Shown in pieces: positions 33,013 to 42,566 of a stretch of DNA of 45,194 bases. The notes below the pieces were generated by a model, which was given only the letters and a program-made list of their open reading frames with translations, was not told the DNA's origin and made no database searches. Both the position numbers and the translations under genes were made by a program. The stretch is from an uncultured Candidatus Saccharibacteria bacterium (GTDB lineage Bacteria > Patescibacteriota > Minisyncoccia > Minisyncoccales > PEYH01). The stretch is from NCBI GenBank assembly GCA_964388775.1, contig CAYMBW010000003.1, positions 1 through 45,194 of the forward strand, written 5' to 3'. Every line of letters begins with the position of its first letter. The stretch's first letter is position 1.

Positions 33013-33085
33013 TGTCCCCGGGAGGAATCGAACCTCCAAGCTTCTGGTCCGCAACCAGACATTCTATCCGTTGAACTACGGGGAC
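33013..33085 (-). tRNA. tRNA-Arg(GCG)
   Basis: The reverse complement reads GTCCCCG TA GTTC AACGGAT AGAAT G TCTGG TTGCGGA CCAGA AGCTT GGAGG TTCGATT CCTCC CGGGGAC A. Confidence 0.85.
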
Positions 33086-33170
33086 ATGGCTTTAATTTAT
33101 CATAAAATGAGCTTAATTTCAATTTCTGCGTTGACTAAATAAGATTATCAATTAGAATAAAAAGAAGCAA

Positions 33171-33259
33171 GGAGAGGTGACTGAGTGGTCGAAAGTGGCA
33201 CACTGCTAATGTGTTAGAGGAGTAATATCCTCTCGTGGGTTCGAATCCCACCCTCTCCG
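33171..33259 (+). tRNA. tRNA-Ser(GCT)
   Basis: Acceptor GGAGAGG/CCTCTCC, anticodon arm GCACA-CTGCTAA-TGTGT, long variable arm TAGAGGAGTAATATCCTCTC, T-arm GTGGG-TTCGAAT-CCCAC. Confidence 0.9.
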
Positions 33260-33302
33260 CAGAGACGATTTCTTATCGGATAGAGACCCGAGTGCCTCGC
33301 TG

Positions 33303-33366
33303 AATAAATAGTGCCAGGTACTAATTTTCTAGAAAAAATAAATAGTGCCAGGTACTAATTTTCTAG
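33303..33366 (+). repeat. Tandem direct repeat, 2 x 30 nt (period 34)
   Basis: AATAAATAGTGCCAGGTACTAATTTTCTAG occurs at 33303-33332 and again, identically, at 33337-33366. Each copy holds the imperfect palindrome AGTgCCaGGtACT. Confidence 0.9.
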
Positions 33367-33383
33367 TAGACTTCAAGAGACAT

Positions 33384-33470
33384 GGAGGAGTCGCATAGTG
33401 GTTTAGTGCACCGGTTTTGAAAACCGGCGTCCGCAAGGACTCGTGGGTTCGAATCCCACCTCCTCCGCCA
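33384..33470 (+). tRNA. tRNA-Ser(TGA), CCA encoded
   Basis: Acceptor GGAGGAG/CTCCTCC, anticodon arm CCGGT-TTTGAAA-ACCGG, long variable arm, T-arm GTGGG-TTCGAAT-CCCAC, then G plus CCA. Confidence 0.9.
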
Positions 33471-33519
33471 TGACAATTTATTATCGGTATGACCCGAATG
33501 GTCCGCCAATCATTTCATT

Positions 33520-34212
33520 TCAATCTCGTGCGACAACCGCGCCCCAGACCCGGCAAGCGCGGTTTTGTTTTAGGATGCGGGCACATTCCTCCATTGTGGC
33601 TCCGGTGGTGAAAACATCGTCTATGAGCAATACCTCTTTATTTTCAACCAGCTGCCCAAACAGGGGATTTATTTCAAAAACATTGAGGATATTTTTTGCG
33701 CGCTCTTCTTTTATCAGCTCTGCTTGAGGCAAGGTCGTTTTTGTTTTGAGAAGCAACTCGGGAACAAATGGCAAGTCGAGTTCTTCACAAAAACATTTAG
33801 CGATTTCTTCGGATTGGTTAAAGCCCCTATTTTTCAGTTTTTTTCTATGCATCGGCACACTGCAGACAATCAAATCAAAGCAGGGTTGATTTCCAGACAG
33901 TATCTGGTTGGCTAAAAGCGTTTGATTGTCCAATAATTTAAAATGGGCTATAATTAAATCAGCTAAATGGCGCGACAATTCTCTAATGCGATTGTATTTG
34001 CATAAATGGATGATTGATTTGACCATTTTGTCATTGTAAGCAGTGGCGGCATGCAGGCCGTCGAGATACCGAAATTTTTCGTAAGACGGCTCCCTGAAAA
34101 TATCTATTAATGAAAAGCAATCATTGCAGAGACATTGTCCGAACTTGTTGCAATTCACGCAACGCTTTGGCCAGAAGGCGTCCAAAATAGTTTCTTTTAG
34201 AGTTTTCCACAT
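33520..34212 (-). CDS. comFC: ComF-family protein (phosphoribosyltransferase domain with N-terminal zinc finger)
   Basis: N-terminal CVNCNK...CNDC Cys cluster and C-terminal PRTase motif VLLIDDVFTTGATM. Confidence 0.8.
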   Translation of the reverse strand: MWKTLKETILDAFWPKRCVNCNKFGQCLCNDCFSLIDIFREPSYEKFRYLDGLHAATAYNDKMVKSIIHLCKYNRIRELSRHLADLIIAHFKLLDNQTLLANQILSGNQPCFDLIVCSVPMHRKKLKNRGFNQSEEIAKCFCEELDLPFVPELLLKTKTTLPQAELIKEERAKNILNVFEINPLFGQLVENKEVLLIDDVFTTGATMEECARILKQNRACRVWGAVVARD

Positions 34213-34299
34213 TGTGTTTTCAAAAATAATAGCAAAAAAAGTAAAACAGGGGTAAAATAAATTAATCGCAATAACATTATATCATTTTACCAATATTAA

Positions 34300-35358
34300 A
34301 TGTCATTATTTTCTAAAAGTTTTTTAGGGATTGATGTGGGGACTTCTTCTATCAAAATAGTGGAGTTGCAAAAAGGCAAGGGCATCGTTTTATCTAACTA
34401 CGCTGTTTTAGGCGCTGATTATTTTGACAAAGGCGATTTTCAGACCAGGGAGAAGGGAATGCTTTCTATTTCTGAAGACAACATCTCCGAGGCGCTTAAA
34501 GCTATGTTGAAAGAAGCAGGGATAAAATCAAAACAAGCATTTTTTTCTATCCCCGATTACGCAACCTTTTTTACCACTTTCGACCTGCCCTCAATGTCTG
34601 TCGAAGAAATCCCGGAAGCGGTGAAATACGAAGCGCCGCGCCGTATCCCTTTGCCTTTATCAGAAGTAATTCTTGATTGGCAGCTTATTAAGGGCGGTCC
34701 TTCTGAAGAAGGCCGGACGCCGTTGCGAATTTTGTTGGTAGCGGTGCCTAAAGAGGTAATTAACCAATATCAGAACATAGCGCTGTCGGTAGGGCTTAAA
34801 GTAATTGCCTTGGAAGCGGAGGTATTTGCCCTGATGAGGGCTTTGGTTAAATATCAGGACAAGAGCAACATTATTTGCCTGGTTGATGTCGGCGAAAGAA
34901 GCACCACAATTAATATCGTGGCTCAAGGAATTTTAAAGGTCTCCCATAGCTTCGATGTGGCCGGAGAAGATTTCACAAAGGCGTTTTCCGATGCTCTGCA
35001 GATTGATAAAAGAAAAGCGGAAACAATAAAAAGGATGTATGGACTTACTGATAAGAATCCGGGCATTAAAGAGATAGTCAAGCCGGAAGCAGAAGCGATT
35101 CTTAAAAAGATTCAAAACATTAGAGACGAATTGTATTTAGAAGATAAGGAGAAGATAGGGAAGGTCATTATTTCGGGCGGAGGAGCTATGCTGGCCGGCG
35201 GGGCAGATTATTTTTCCAAAAGATTGGATTTGCCGGTAGAGTTGGCTGACCCGTTTATAGATATTTCTTTCCCCCCGACACTCAGCGAGGCATTGAAAAA
35301 AATCAGTTCTGGATTTACAATAGCAATAGGGATGGCTCTTCGCGGTTTTAACAAGTAA
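34300..35358 (+). CDS. pilM: Type IV pilus assembly protein PilM (actin-like ATPase fold)
   Basis: N-terminal GIDVGTSSIKIVEL phosphate-1 motif, later DVGERSTTINI and ISGGGAML. First gene of the pilMNO block. Confidence 0.8.
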   Translation: MSLFSKSFLGIDVGTSSIKIVELQKGKGIVLSNYAVLGADYFDKGDFQTREKGMLSISEDNISEALKAMLKEAGIKSKQAFFSIPDYATFFTTFDLPSMSVEEIPEAVKYEAPRRIPLPLSEVILDWQLIKGGPSEEGRTPLRILLVAVPKEVINQYQNIALSVGLKVIALEAEVFALMRALVKYQDKSNIICLVDVGERSTTINIVAQGILKVSHSFDVAGEDFTKAFSDALQIDKRKAETIKRMYGLTDKNPGIKEIVKPEAEAILKKIQNIRDELYLEDKEKIGKVIISGGGAMLAGGADYFSKRLDLPVELADPFIDISFPPTLSEALKKISSGFTIAIGMALRGFNK

Positions 35359-35375
35359 AATTATTATTTTTTCTT

Positions 35376-35915
35376 ATGGTGCAGGTAATCCCTAGAAAAG
35401 TCGCTCCTCAAGAGTCCTTGGTCAAAAAGATATTGCCCTGGCTTTCTTTGTTATTGATTGCAATAATGGTTATCCTTTATTTCGTCTTTAATTTTCAACA
35501 CCAAGAGGCAGCGACTTCTTTAGAAGAAGTCAAAAATGAGCTGGCCGGGACCCAAACACAAGAACAAACAGAGCTCCAGAATACCGTTTTGGGTTTTCAA
35601 AGAAGAATTGATGACGTTGCCATTCTATTAAAGGGCAGGGAAAAAGTTTCAGGCATATTGACATTTCTTGAGATATACATCCATCCGAAAGTATATTTTG
35701 ATTTAATGTCTCTAAACTTTGAAAATAGATTGTTGAATCTGCAAGGGATTGCCGAAGATTTTACCAGTTTAGGCCAGCAGATTTTTGCCTTCCAGCAGGA
35801 TGCTTTTATTAAGGAAATAAAATTATCTAATGTCGCCCTTTCAGAAGAGGGAGGAGTAAAATTTGCCATAGAATTATCTTTACCGGATAAAAACGAGAAT
35901 ACGACTAAGAAATAA
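35376..35915 (+). CDS. pilN: PilN-like bitopic pilus alignment protein
   Basis: Short cytoplasmic N-terminus, a single TM (LPWLSLLLIAIMVILYFVF), a coiled-coil and then a ferredoxin-like region. Assignment rests on its position after pilM. Confidence 0.5.
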   Translation: MVQVIPRKVAPQESLVKKILPWLSLLLIAIMVILYFVFNFQHQEAATSLEEVKNELAGTQTQEQTELQNTVLGFQRRIDDVAILLKGREKVSGILTFLEIYIHPKVYFDLMSLNFENRLLNLQGIAEDFTSLGQQIFAFQQDAFIKEIKLSNVALSEEGGVKFAIELSLPDKNENTTKK

Positions 35916-35920
35916 TTATA

Positions 35921-36445
35921 ATGAAATACGCTATTATTATTGTCGCCATAAGCATATTGATTTCCCTGATATTGGGCGTTTTCTTAGTTTGGCCCAGCTA
36001 TCGGGGTTTCAGCGAAACCCAGAATCAGTTAGTTCAGAGAAAATTGCAATTAGAAAATCAGAACAAATACATTCAATCGCTGAAAACCGCTAAACAAGAA
36101 ATGGACGAGCGAGGGGAAATAGTTTCTAAGGTTGAGAGTGCTCTCCCTATTGGTCCCGATATGCCTTCTTTGCTTGAGTTTTTGCAAAATGCCGCTGTTT
36201 CATCAGGCGTTAGCTTGGATAAGATTAGTTGGGAGGATACTTCTCCGCGCAACGAAAAAGATAGAATCAAGGAGCATTTTTTTAGTGTCGAAGTGGCTGC
36301 TTCATATTTTTCATTCAAAAACTTTTTATTTGCCCTTGAGACAAGCTCCCGATTGATAAATATAGAAGAAGTGAATTTTAATGTGCCAGTCGCCGAAGGG
36401 CAGTCATCCTTAATTAAGATTAGAGCAAGCATTAGTTCGTACTGA
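35921..36445 (+). CDS. pilO: PilO-like bitopic pilus alignment protein
   Basis: N-terminal TM, a coiled-coil (QLVQRKLQLENQNKYIQSLK) and a C-terminal globular part. Assignment rests on its position after pilN. Confidence 0.5.
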   Translation: MKYAIIIVAISILISLILGVFLVWPSYRGFSETQNQLVQRKLQLENQNKYIQSLKTAKQEMDERGEIVSKVESALPIGPDMPSLLEFLQNAAVSSGVSLDKISWEDTSPRNEKDRIKEHFFSVEVAASYFSFKNFLFALETSSRLINIEEVNFNVPVAEGQSSLIKIRASISSY

Positions 36446-36491
36446 TAACTGATAACTGATAACTGATAAATGATTAATAATAAGTGATTAA
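36443..36491 (+). repeat. Period-7 heptamer array, 7 units
   Basis: TGATAAC x3 TGATAAA TGATTAA TAATAAG TGATTAA. The first TGA is the pilO stop, and the array ends 2 nt before the next ATG. Confidence 0.9.
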
Positions 36492-36493
36492 TT

Positions 36494-36781
36494 ATGGCCA
36501 TAGTGTTTTATCAAAAAAAGAAAAAAGAAATTTATATAGCAATTGCTGGATTGCTTTTGATTACCGCGCTTATTTTTGTTCTCATTAAAATTAAAGGAGG
36601 CGGATTTGTTGCAAAAGAATCAACCTTATCTGTTCCGGAAGCCAAGGAAGTAAAGATAGATTTTCAAAAGATAGAGGAGGAAATTTGGAACGACCTGAAA
36701 ACATTTACTCCGATTTCTCCTTCTCCAGAGGGCATGGGGAGGGATAATCCTTTTGCTCCTCCGCTTCCAGCAGCAAAGTGA
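36494..36781 (+). CDS. Small bitopic protein of the pilus locus (possible PilP-like role)
   Basis: 95 aa, one TM (IAIAGLLLITALIFVLI), and a C-terminal GRDNPFAPP motif reminiscent of R-[DN]-P-F motifs in pilus accessory proteins. Confidence 0.35.
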   Translation: MAIVFYQKKKKEIYIAIAGLLLITALIFVLIKIKGGGFVAKESTLSVPEAKEVKIDFQKIEEEIWNDLKTFTPISPSPEGMGRDNPFAPPLPAAK

Positions 36782-36854
36782 TGACCGCGCCATTATCAGA
36801 GAAAATTTTTATAGCTTTTTATAGTCCACTCGTGCGGGTGGCTTTCTTCTTAAA

Positions 36855-38588
36855 ATGAATTTAATAAACCAGCTGTTAAAACAAAAGCTTGTTAATAAAA
36901 AGACGGCCGATGCTTTGGTGGAAGAATCCGAGGCCTCCGGACGAACCGTTGAGGAGATGATATTAAGCAAGCAACTATTGCCGGAGAACAAGCTATTTCG
37001 GATAAAGAGCGACATTTTGGCTATTCCTTTAAAAGAAATTATCTCGCAAGATATCCCTGCTGATATTTTAGAGCTTATCCCGCAGGATTCCGCTGAACAT
37101 TATAAGATGGTTCCTTTGGAAAAGAAACAGAATATGCTGGAAGTGGCAATGGTTTATCCGGAAGACCTAAAGGCCCAAGAGGCCTTAAATTTTTTAGCCC
37201 GGCAGCGAGGATTCAATTATCGAGTGAGTTTGATTACTCTTAGCGGGTTTCAAGATTTTTTAAAAAAATATCAAAATTTAGGAAGAGAGGTCAAAACCGC
37301 TCTTCAAGAATTAGAGAGCCAGCTTCAACCCGGACCCCGGGAATCCACACTAAGAAGCACAAAAGAAATAATTCAAAAGAGGAGTGAAGCGCCTATTAGC
37401 AAGACCGTTGCTGTTATTTTAAAGCACGCGGTTGAAGGCAGAGCGTCAGATATACATATAGAGCCAATGTCGGAGAGGAGCAGAGTAAGATTTCGGTTAG
37501 ATGGCATCCTGCATTCCAGCTTATTTCTTCCCAAAGAGGTTCATCCTTCTATCGTGGCCAGGATTAAGATTATTTCTAAGTTAAAAATAGACGAAACGCG
37601 TATTCCTCAAGACGGCAGATTTTCTGTTAATATAGATAATCAAAATATTGATTTTAGGGTTTCAACATTTCCAACGACTCTGGGCGAAAAAGTGGTAATG
37701 AGGGTGCTTAATCCTGATTTAAGGGTTTCCACTTTTGAAGAATTAGGGCTTGCCGGAAGGAATCTGGAGATTTTGAAAAGAGCGGCCAAAAGGCCTTATG
37801 GTATGATTCTGTCAACCGGGCCGACTGGCTCCGGTAAAACCACTACCCTGTATGTGGTTCTGGACTCTGTTAATAAAGAAGGCGTCAATATCGTTACCCT
37901 GGAAGACCCGGTGGAATATTTTATTAGCGGGGTAAGTCAATCGCAAGTCAAACCGGAAATTGGTTATAGCTTCGCCACAGGGTTAAGACATGTTTTGAGG
38001 CAGGACCCTGATATAATCATGGTCGGAGAGATTCGCGACAATGAAACTGCGGAATTGGCTACACACTCAGCGCTTACCGGTCATTTAGTCCTTTCTACTA
38101 TTCATACTAATAATGCTTTGGGCGCAATTCCAAGAATGATTGATTTGGGCGTTAGGGCGTTCTTACTGCCTTCCAGCATCAATGTGATAATGGCCCAGAG
38201 ATTAGTGAGACGGCTTTGTCCCCATTGCAAGAAAAAGATAGCAGCAAGCGAAAAAGTGAAGGAATTGATTACTGAAGAGATGAAGAATCTGCCAGCTTGG
38301 GCCAAGGATGAATATGGAACCGGAACAAATATTCAAATTTGGGAACCGGTCGGTTGCAGTCAGTGCGGAGAAAGCGGGTATATCGGAAGAGTTGGAATAT
38401 TTGAGATTTTAGAAATGACCAAAGGGCTTGGAGATATAATTATGTCCGAGCCGAGCGAGAAGAGTATGTCAGTCGAGGCCCACAATCAAGGAATGATAAA
38501 TATGAGACAGGACGGAGTATTAAAAGTTTTGAAAGGGGTGACTTCCATAGAGGAAGTTGTTAGAAGCACTTCAGAAGACAGAGATTAA
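36855..38588 (+). CDS. pilB: Type IV pilus assembly ATPase PilB (GspE family)
   Basis: N-terminal GSPII_E-N-like domain, Walker A GPTGSGKTT, Asp/His boxes, Walker B IIMVGEIRD, and a tetracysteine CPHC...CSQC motif. Confidence 0.9.
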   Translation: MNLINQLLKQKLVNKKTADALVEESEASGRTVEEMILSKQLLPENKLFRIKSDILAIPLKEIISQDIPADILELIPQDSAEHYKMVPLEKKQNMLEVAMVYPEDLKAQEALNFLARQRGFNYRVSLITLSGFQDFLKKYQNLGREVKTALQELESQLQPGPRESTLRSTKEIIQKRSEAPISKTVAVILKHAVEGRASDIHIEPMSERSRVRFRLDGILHSSLFLPKEVHPSIVARIKIISKLKIDETRIPQDGRFSVNIDNQNIDFRVSTFPTTLGEKVVMRVLNPDLRVSTFEELGLAGRNLEILKRAAKRPYGMILSTGPTGSGKTTTLYVVLDSVNKEGVNIVTLEDPVEYFISGVSQSQVKPEIGYSFATGLRHVLRQDPDIIMVGEIRDNETAELATHSALTGHLVLSTIHTNNALGAIPRMIDLGVRAFLLPSSINVIMAQRLVRRLCPHCKKKIAASEKVKELITEEMKNLPAWAKDEYGTGTNIQIWEPVGCSQCGESGYIGRVGIFEILEMTKGLGDIIMSEPSEKSMSVEAHNQGMINMRQDGVLKVLKGVTSIEEVVRSTSEDRD

Positions 38589-38614
38589 TAATTGATAATT
38601 AATTATTGGAAGAT

Positions 38615-38977
38615 ATGAAAAAAGTACTTTTAGTGGAAGATGACCCGTTTTTAATAGATATTTATTCTACCAAACTTAACGAATCCGGTTTTGAGGTTCA
38701 TTCGGCAAAGGATGGAGGAGAAGTGTTGGATACTTCCAAAAAACTTAAGCCGGATGTAATCATTCTGGACATTGTTTTGCCCCAGATGGATGGGTGGCAG
38801 ATATTAAAGCAACTGAAGGCAGAAGAGGGATTGAAAGCGACGAGGATTATCATCCTGTCTAATTTAAGCCAGAAAGAAGAAGTGGAAAAAGGGCTTTCTC
38901 TGGGAGCTGATAAATATTTAATTAAATCCGATTACACTCCCACTCAAGTTATCGAAGAGATTGGCAAAATGTTTTGA
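38615..38977 (+). CDS. Stand-alone response-regulator receiver domain (CheY-like)
   Basis: The acidic pocket VEDD, the phospho-acceptor context ILDIVLPQMDG, and the conserved Lys in KYLIKS are all present. ATG at 38615 is preferred over the TTG at 38606. Confidence 0.8.
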   Translation: MKKVLLVEDDPFLIDIYSTKLNESGFEVHSAKDGGEVLDTSKKLKPDVIILDIVLPQMDGWQILKQLKAEEGLKATRIIILSNLSQKEEVEKGLSLGADKYLIKSDYTPTQVIEEIGKMF

Positions 38978-39013
38978 TTTAAGAATTTCTGATTAGCGTT
39001 ATTGCCCAATAAA

Positions 39014-40105
39014 ATGATTAAAGACCACAAAATTTTTTTAAACAACTTGTTGACCCTTGCTATCAAGAAAGGCGCTTCTGACATTCATTTTTCTTCTTCC
39101 AAAAGTCCAATTTTCCGGATAGCCAGCCGGTTGGTTCCCCTTATAAAAGAAGTGGAACTTAAATCAGACGACATTGTTTCTATGGTCAAGATTTTATTAT
39201 CACAGGGCTATTCTCAAGAGAGGTTCGACAAATTTTTAAGAGAAAGGGAAATCGATTTTTCCTACGATTTAGGCAATCAAGGCAGATTCAGGGGCAATGC
39301 CTATTTTCAGCAGGGGAAGGTGAGTTGCGCGCTCCGTTTTCTCTCTAGAAATATTTCAACCATTGAAGAGCTTAATCTCCCCCCGGTTCTTAATTTATTC
39401 AGCGAAGCCCATCAGGGATTTGTTTTGATAACCGGTCCTTCCAGCCAAGGGAAATCAACTACTTTAGCGGCGCTGATAGATTCTATCAATCATTCTCGGA
39501 GTTGTCACATCATAACCATTGAGGACCCTATTGAATATGTTTTTGAAGATGATTTGGCGATTATTGACCAAAGGGAGGTTTTCAGCGATACCTTGTCATT
39601 TGCCAGAGCTCTACGCTCCACCTTTCGTCAAGACCCGGATGTGATTATGTTGGGGGAAATGCGCGACCCGGAAACAATCGCAACTGCTCTTTCAGCAGCC
39701 GAGACAGGGCATTTGGTTTTTGCCACCCTGCATACCAATTCTGCCGCGCAAACAATACACCGAATCGTTGATAGCTTTGAGGACAACAGGCAGAAGCAAA
39801 TTCGCGCCCAGCTATCCGGAGCGCTTTTAGGTATTATTTCGCAACGGCTTATTCCTCGGGTTAAGGGAGGGCTTATTCCGGCCACAGAAATAATTTTTAA
39901 TAATTCGGCGATAGCTAACCTTATCAGAGAGGGCAAGATTCACGAGATTCCAATAGTAATAGAAACATCTTCTGAAGAGGGAATGATTTCCTTGAACAAA
40001 TCATTAGCGATTTTAGTCAAAAATAATGAGATTACCAGAAATGCCGCCTTTAAGTTTACTGTGAATCCCGATGGGTTGAGGACATTATTGGGGGGTAAAT
40101 TTTAG
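39014..40105 (+). CDS. pilT: Twitching-motility retraction ATPase PilT
   Basis: ASDIHF N-terminal motif, Walker A GPSSQGKST, Walker B VIMLGEMRD, His box ATLHTN, and an AIANLIREGK-type C-terminal motif. Confidence 0.9.
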   Translation: MIKDHKIFLNNLLTLAIKKGASDIHFSSSKSPIFRIASRLVPLIKEVELKSDDIVSMVKILLSQGYSQERFDKFLREREIDFSYDLGNQGRFRGNAYFQQGKVSCALRFLSRNISTIEELNLPPVLNLFSEAHQGFVLITGPSSQGKSTTLAALIDSINHSRSCHIITIEDPIEYVFEDDLAIIDQREVFSDTLSFARALRSTFRQDPDVIMLGEMRDPETIATALSAAETGHLVFATLHTNSAAQTIHRIVDSFEDNRQKQIRAQLSGALLGIISQRLIPRVKGGLIPATEIIFNNSAIANLIREGKIHEIPIVIETSSEEGMISLNKSLAILVKNNEITRNAAFKFTVNPDGLRTLLGGKF

Positions 40106-40148
40106 TAAATCTGCTAAAATTAAATTTTTCATTAAATAACTTAATTCA

Positions 40149-41363
40149 ATGCAATTTAACTATCAAGCGAGAACAAAAAATGGATTAGTTCAGGTCGGGG
40201 TGATAGAGGTTTCGTCCCGCAAGGACGCCGTATCCCTTTTGCAGAAAGAGGGGCTTTATGTTACTCATTTAGAGGAAGTGATGTCTAAGCCCTTTTATTT
40301 CCGCCAGGTTGGCTTGCTTAATAAGGCGGGCAAAAAAGACATTATGATGTTTTGCAGGGAGCTTGCTTTAATGTTGAAATCAGGAGTCGGATTAGTAGAG
40401 TCGCTGAAAGCATTGGCCGAGCAAACCGGAAAATCTGTTTTCCGAGGGCAGATTGTTGAAGTATCAGCAGACGTGGAGGGAGGCGTATATTTTTCAGAGG
40501 CCTTGGCAAGATTCCCAAAAGTTTTTTCTAATTTTTTTATTAATATTATAAAAGCCGGCGAAGCGTCCGGGAGATTATCGGAGAGCTTGAGCTATTTGGC
40601 CCAGCATCTTGAAAGAGAATATAATCTAATTAATAAAATTAAAAGCGGAATGACTTATCCGGCATTTATTCTTGTGGTATTTTTAGGAATAGGCGGGTTG
40701 GGAATATTTATGGTGCTGCCGTCGTTTAAAGAGACACTTTCGTCCCTTGATGTAGAATTGCCTTTTTTGACACTGGCAGTTCTCGGATTCGGCGATATAG
40801 TGAGGGTATGGTGGTGGGCGTTCTTGATAGGCACTATTTTAATAATAGTTTTGGCTTGGAGATATTTTAAAACCGATGAAGGAAGAGAAATAATGGGAAG
40901 AATTGCCTTGAGAATACCTATTTTAGGCAAGACCCTTCGGAGAATATATCTTACCAGATTTACCGAAAATCTTTCCACTTTGATTTTGGCTGGTTTGCCT
41001 ATCACTCAAGCCCTGGACATAGTAAGCGGCACAACGGGCAATAAAACATATCAGGCAATAATAATGGAGGCGCAGGAAGGGGTTAGGAGGGGAGAATTAA
41101 TGAGTTCGGTTTTAGAAAAATATCCCAAAGATATGCCGGGATTAGTAACCCAAATGATTAAAGTCGGGGAGAGGACAGGGCGGCTTGATGAATCCTTGAT
41201 GAACGTCGCTAATTTTTACGAAACAGAGGTCAACCGCAATATTGATGCTTTGGTTGATATTATTGAGCCGGTGTTGATAGTTGTATTGGGCGGATTGGTT
41301 GCCGTATTGATGATTTCTATTATAGTTCCCGTATATAAAGGAATGTCTTCTTTCGGGCTTTAA
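40149..41363 (+). CDS. pilC: Type IV pilus platform protein PilC (GspF family)
   Basis: Two GspF repeats, each followed by TM helices. 404 aa. Lies directly downstream of pilT. Confidence 0.9.
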   Translation: MQFNYQARTKNGLVQVGVIEVSSRKDAVSLLQKEGLYVTHLEEVMSKPFYFRQVGLLNKAGKKDIMMFCRELALMLKSGVGLVESLKALAEQTGKSVFRGQIVEVSADVEGGVYFSEALARFPKVFSNFFINIIKAGEASGRLSESLSYLAQHLEREYNLINKIKSGMTYPAFILVVFLGIGGLGIFMVLPSFKETLSSLDVELPFLTLAVLGFGDIVRVWWWAFLIGTILIIVLAWRYFKTDEGREIMGRIALRIPILGKTLRRIYLTRFTENLSTLILAGLPITQALDIVSGTTGNKTYQAIIMEAQEGVRRGELMSSVLEKYPKDMPGLVTQMIKVGERTGRLDESLMNVANFYETEVNRNIDALVDIIEPVLIVVLGGLVAVLMISIIVPVYKGMSSFGL

Positions 41364-41400
41364 TGATTCCCGCCTTACCTAAGTTATTCACATATTTCCA

Positions 41401-41429
41401 TTGATAGAATTTCTTTTTTGGTGTAAAAT
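41401..41429 (+). promoter_or_regulatory. Sigma-70-like promoter for the pilin genes
   Basis: TTGATA (41401-41406), 17-nt spacer, TAAAAT (41424-41429). This implies a 5' leader of about 110-120 nt before the pilin ATG at 41549. Confidence 0.5.
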
Positions 41430-41548
41430 AAAGGTAGGCAAAAATTCAAGATAATTCCCATGCTAAAGTTGCGAGTATAGGAGAGAAATCGTAAGTTTGG
41501 CAGGGAGAAAGGTCGCAAAAGTAAATATTTAACATATAAACAAGGGTT

Positions 41549-41998
41549 ATGAAATCAAAAAAAGGATTTACTTTAATTGAACTTTTAGTGGTTATTGCCA
41601 TTATTGGTATTTTGGCATCCATTGTGTTGGTTTCCTTAAGGGGAGCGCCGGCTCGGGCAAATGATGCGAGAATCAAATCAGACGTCAATCAATCGAGAAC
41701 CCAAGCTGAGTTAATTTGGGCGGATGAATCCAATTATACTAATTTATGCGCTTCAGACACCTTGAATGAGGCCCATGCCACTTATGGTAGCCAGCTTGCT
41801 ACTTTGGAAAATGACATTGCAGATAGACAAGGGGAGACGGCTCCTATAATGCACTGCAAGGCAGGCTCTAATACCTATTGTGTGAGCGCACAACTTATCA
41901 GTCCCGCCACGACAACTTATTTTTGTGTTGATAGCGACGGATTAGCAAAAGACGATGCCACGGCGAGTGCTTGCACCACTTCTATAAATTGCCAGTAA
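41549..41998 (+). CDS. Type IV pilin (prepilin with class III signal)
   Basis: MKSKKG/FTLIELLVVIAIIGILASI cleavage-methylation motif with Glu at +5. The C-terminal domain has 6 Cys. Confidence 0.9.
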   Translation: MKSKKGFTLIELLVVIAIIGILASIVLVSLRGAPARANDARIKSDVNQSRTQAELIWADESNYTNLCASDTLNEAHATYGSQLATLENDIADRQGETAPIMHCKAGSNTYCVSAQLISPATTTYFCVDSDGLAKDDATASACTTSINCQ

Positions 41999-42020
41999 TT
42001 AATTGTTCTCGTTTTGTCCT

Positions 42021-42464
42021 ATGAAAGTTTTGACCAAAACAAAAAAGGGGTTTACTTTAATTGAGCTGCTTATAGTGGTGGCTATTATTGGTATTTTAGC
42101 AACCATTGTTATTGTCTCTTTAAGGGAGGCGTCTGATAGGGCGAGAAATACTAAGATAATCACAAGTATCACGCAGATTAGAAAAGTGGCCGAAGATATG
42201 TATCTTCAAGAACCAGGTGGGTATGAATCCTTATGTTTAGGCGGAGCTTTAAATGAGGCCTATAGCGATATTTTGATTATCTTGAAAAATGATGTAGGAA
42301 AATATGGAGGAGCGGTTGTCGGTTGTTATTCTTCTCACTACAGCTACTGTGTAAGCGCTCAGTTTACTGGCAGCGCCACGAAATACTTTTGCATTGATGG
42401 CCAAGGGAACAACATTGAGGCGATAACCAATGCCTGCAGCGCAAGCAATATTGCCTGTGAATAA
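42021..42464 (+). CDS. Type IV pilin, paralogue
   Basis: MKVLTKTKKG/FTLIELLIVVAIIGILATI. Shares the YCVSAQ and YFC.D motifs with the upstream pilin. ATG at 42021 is preferred over the TTG at 42003. Confidence 0.9.
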   Translation: MKVLTKTKKGFTLIELLIVVAIIGILATIVIVSLREASDRARNTKIITSITQIRKVAEDMYLQEPGGYESLCLGGALNEAYSDILIILKNDVGKYGGAVVGCYSSHYSYCVSAQFTGSATKYFCIDGQGNNIEAITNACSASNIACE

Positions 42465-42488
42465 AATGGTTATAATTTAGACTCGAAA

Positions 42489-42520
42489 AAGAAACCTCCT
42501 CTATTTTGAGGAGGTTTCTT
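42489..42520 (+). terminator. Strong hairpin after the pilin pair
   Basis: AAGAAACCTCCTC (42489-42501) is perfectly complementary to GAGGAGGTTTCTT (42508-42520) across the loop TATTTT. No long T-tract follows. Confidence 0.6.
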
Positions 42521-42531
42521 GCCCAAGGCAT

Positions 42532-42566
42532 TGATTACTGATTATTGATTAATGATTATTTATTAT
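42532..42566 (+). repeat. Period-7 heptamer array containing the pilD start codon
   Basis: TGATTAC TGATTAT TGATTAA TGATTAT TTATTAT. The ATG at 42552 spans a unit junction (TGATTA-A TG-ATTAT). Confidence 0.85.
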
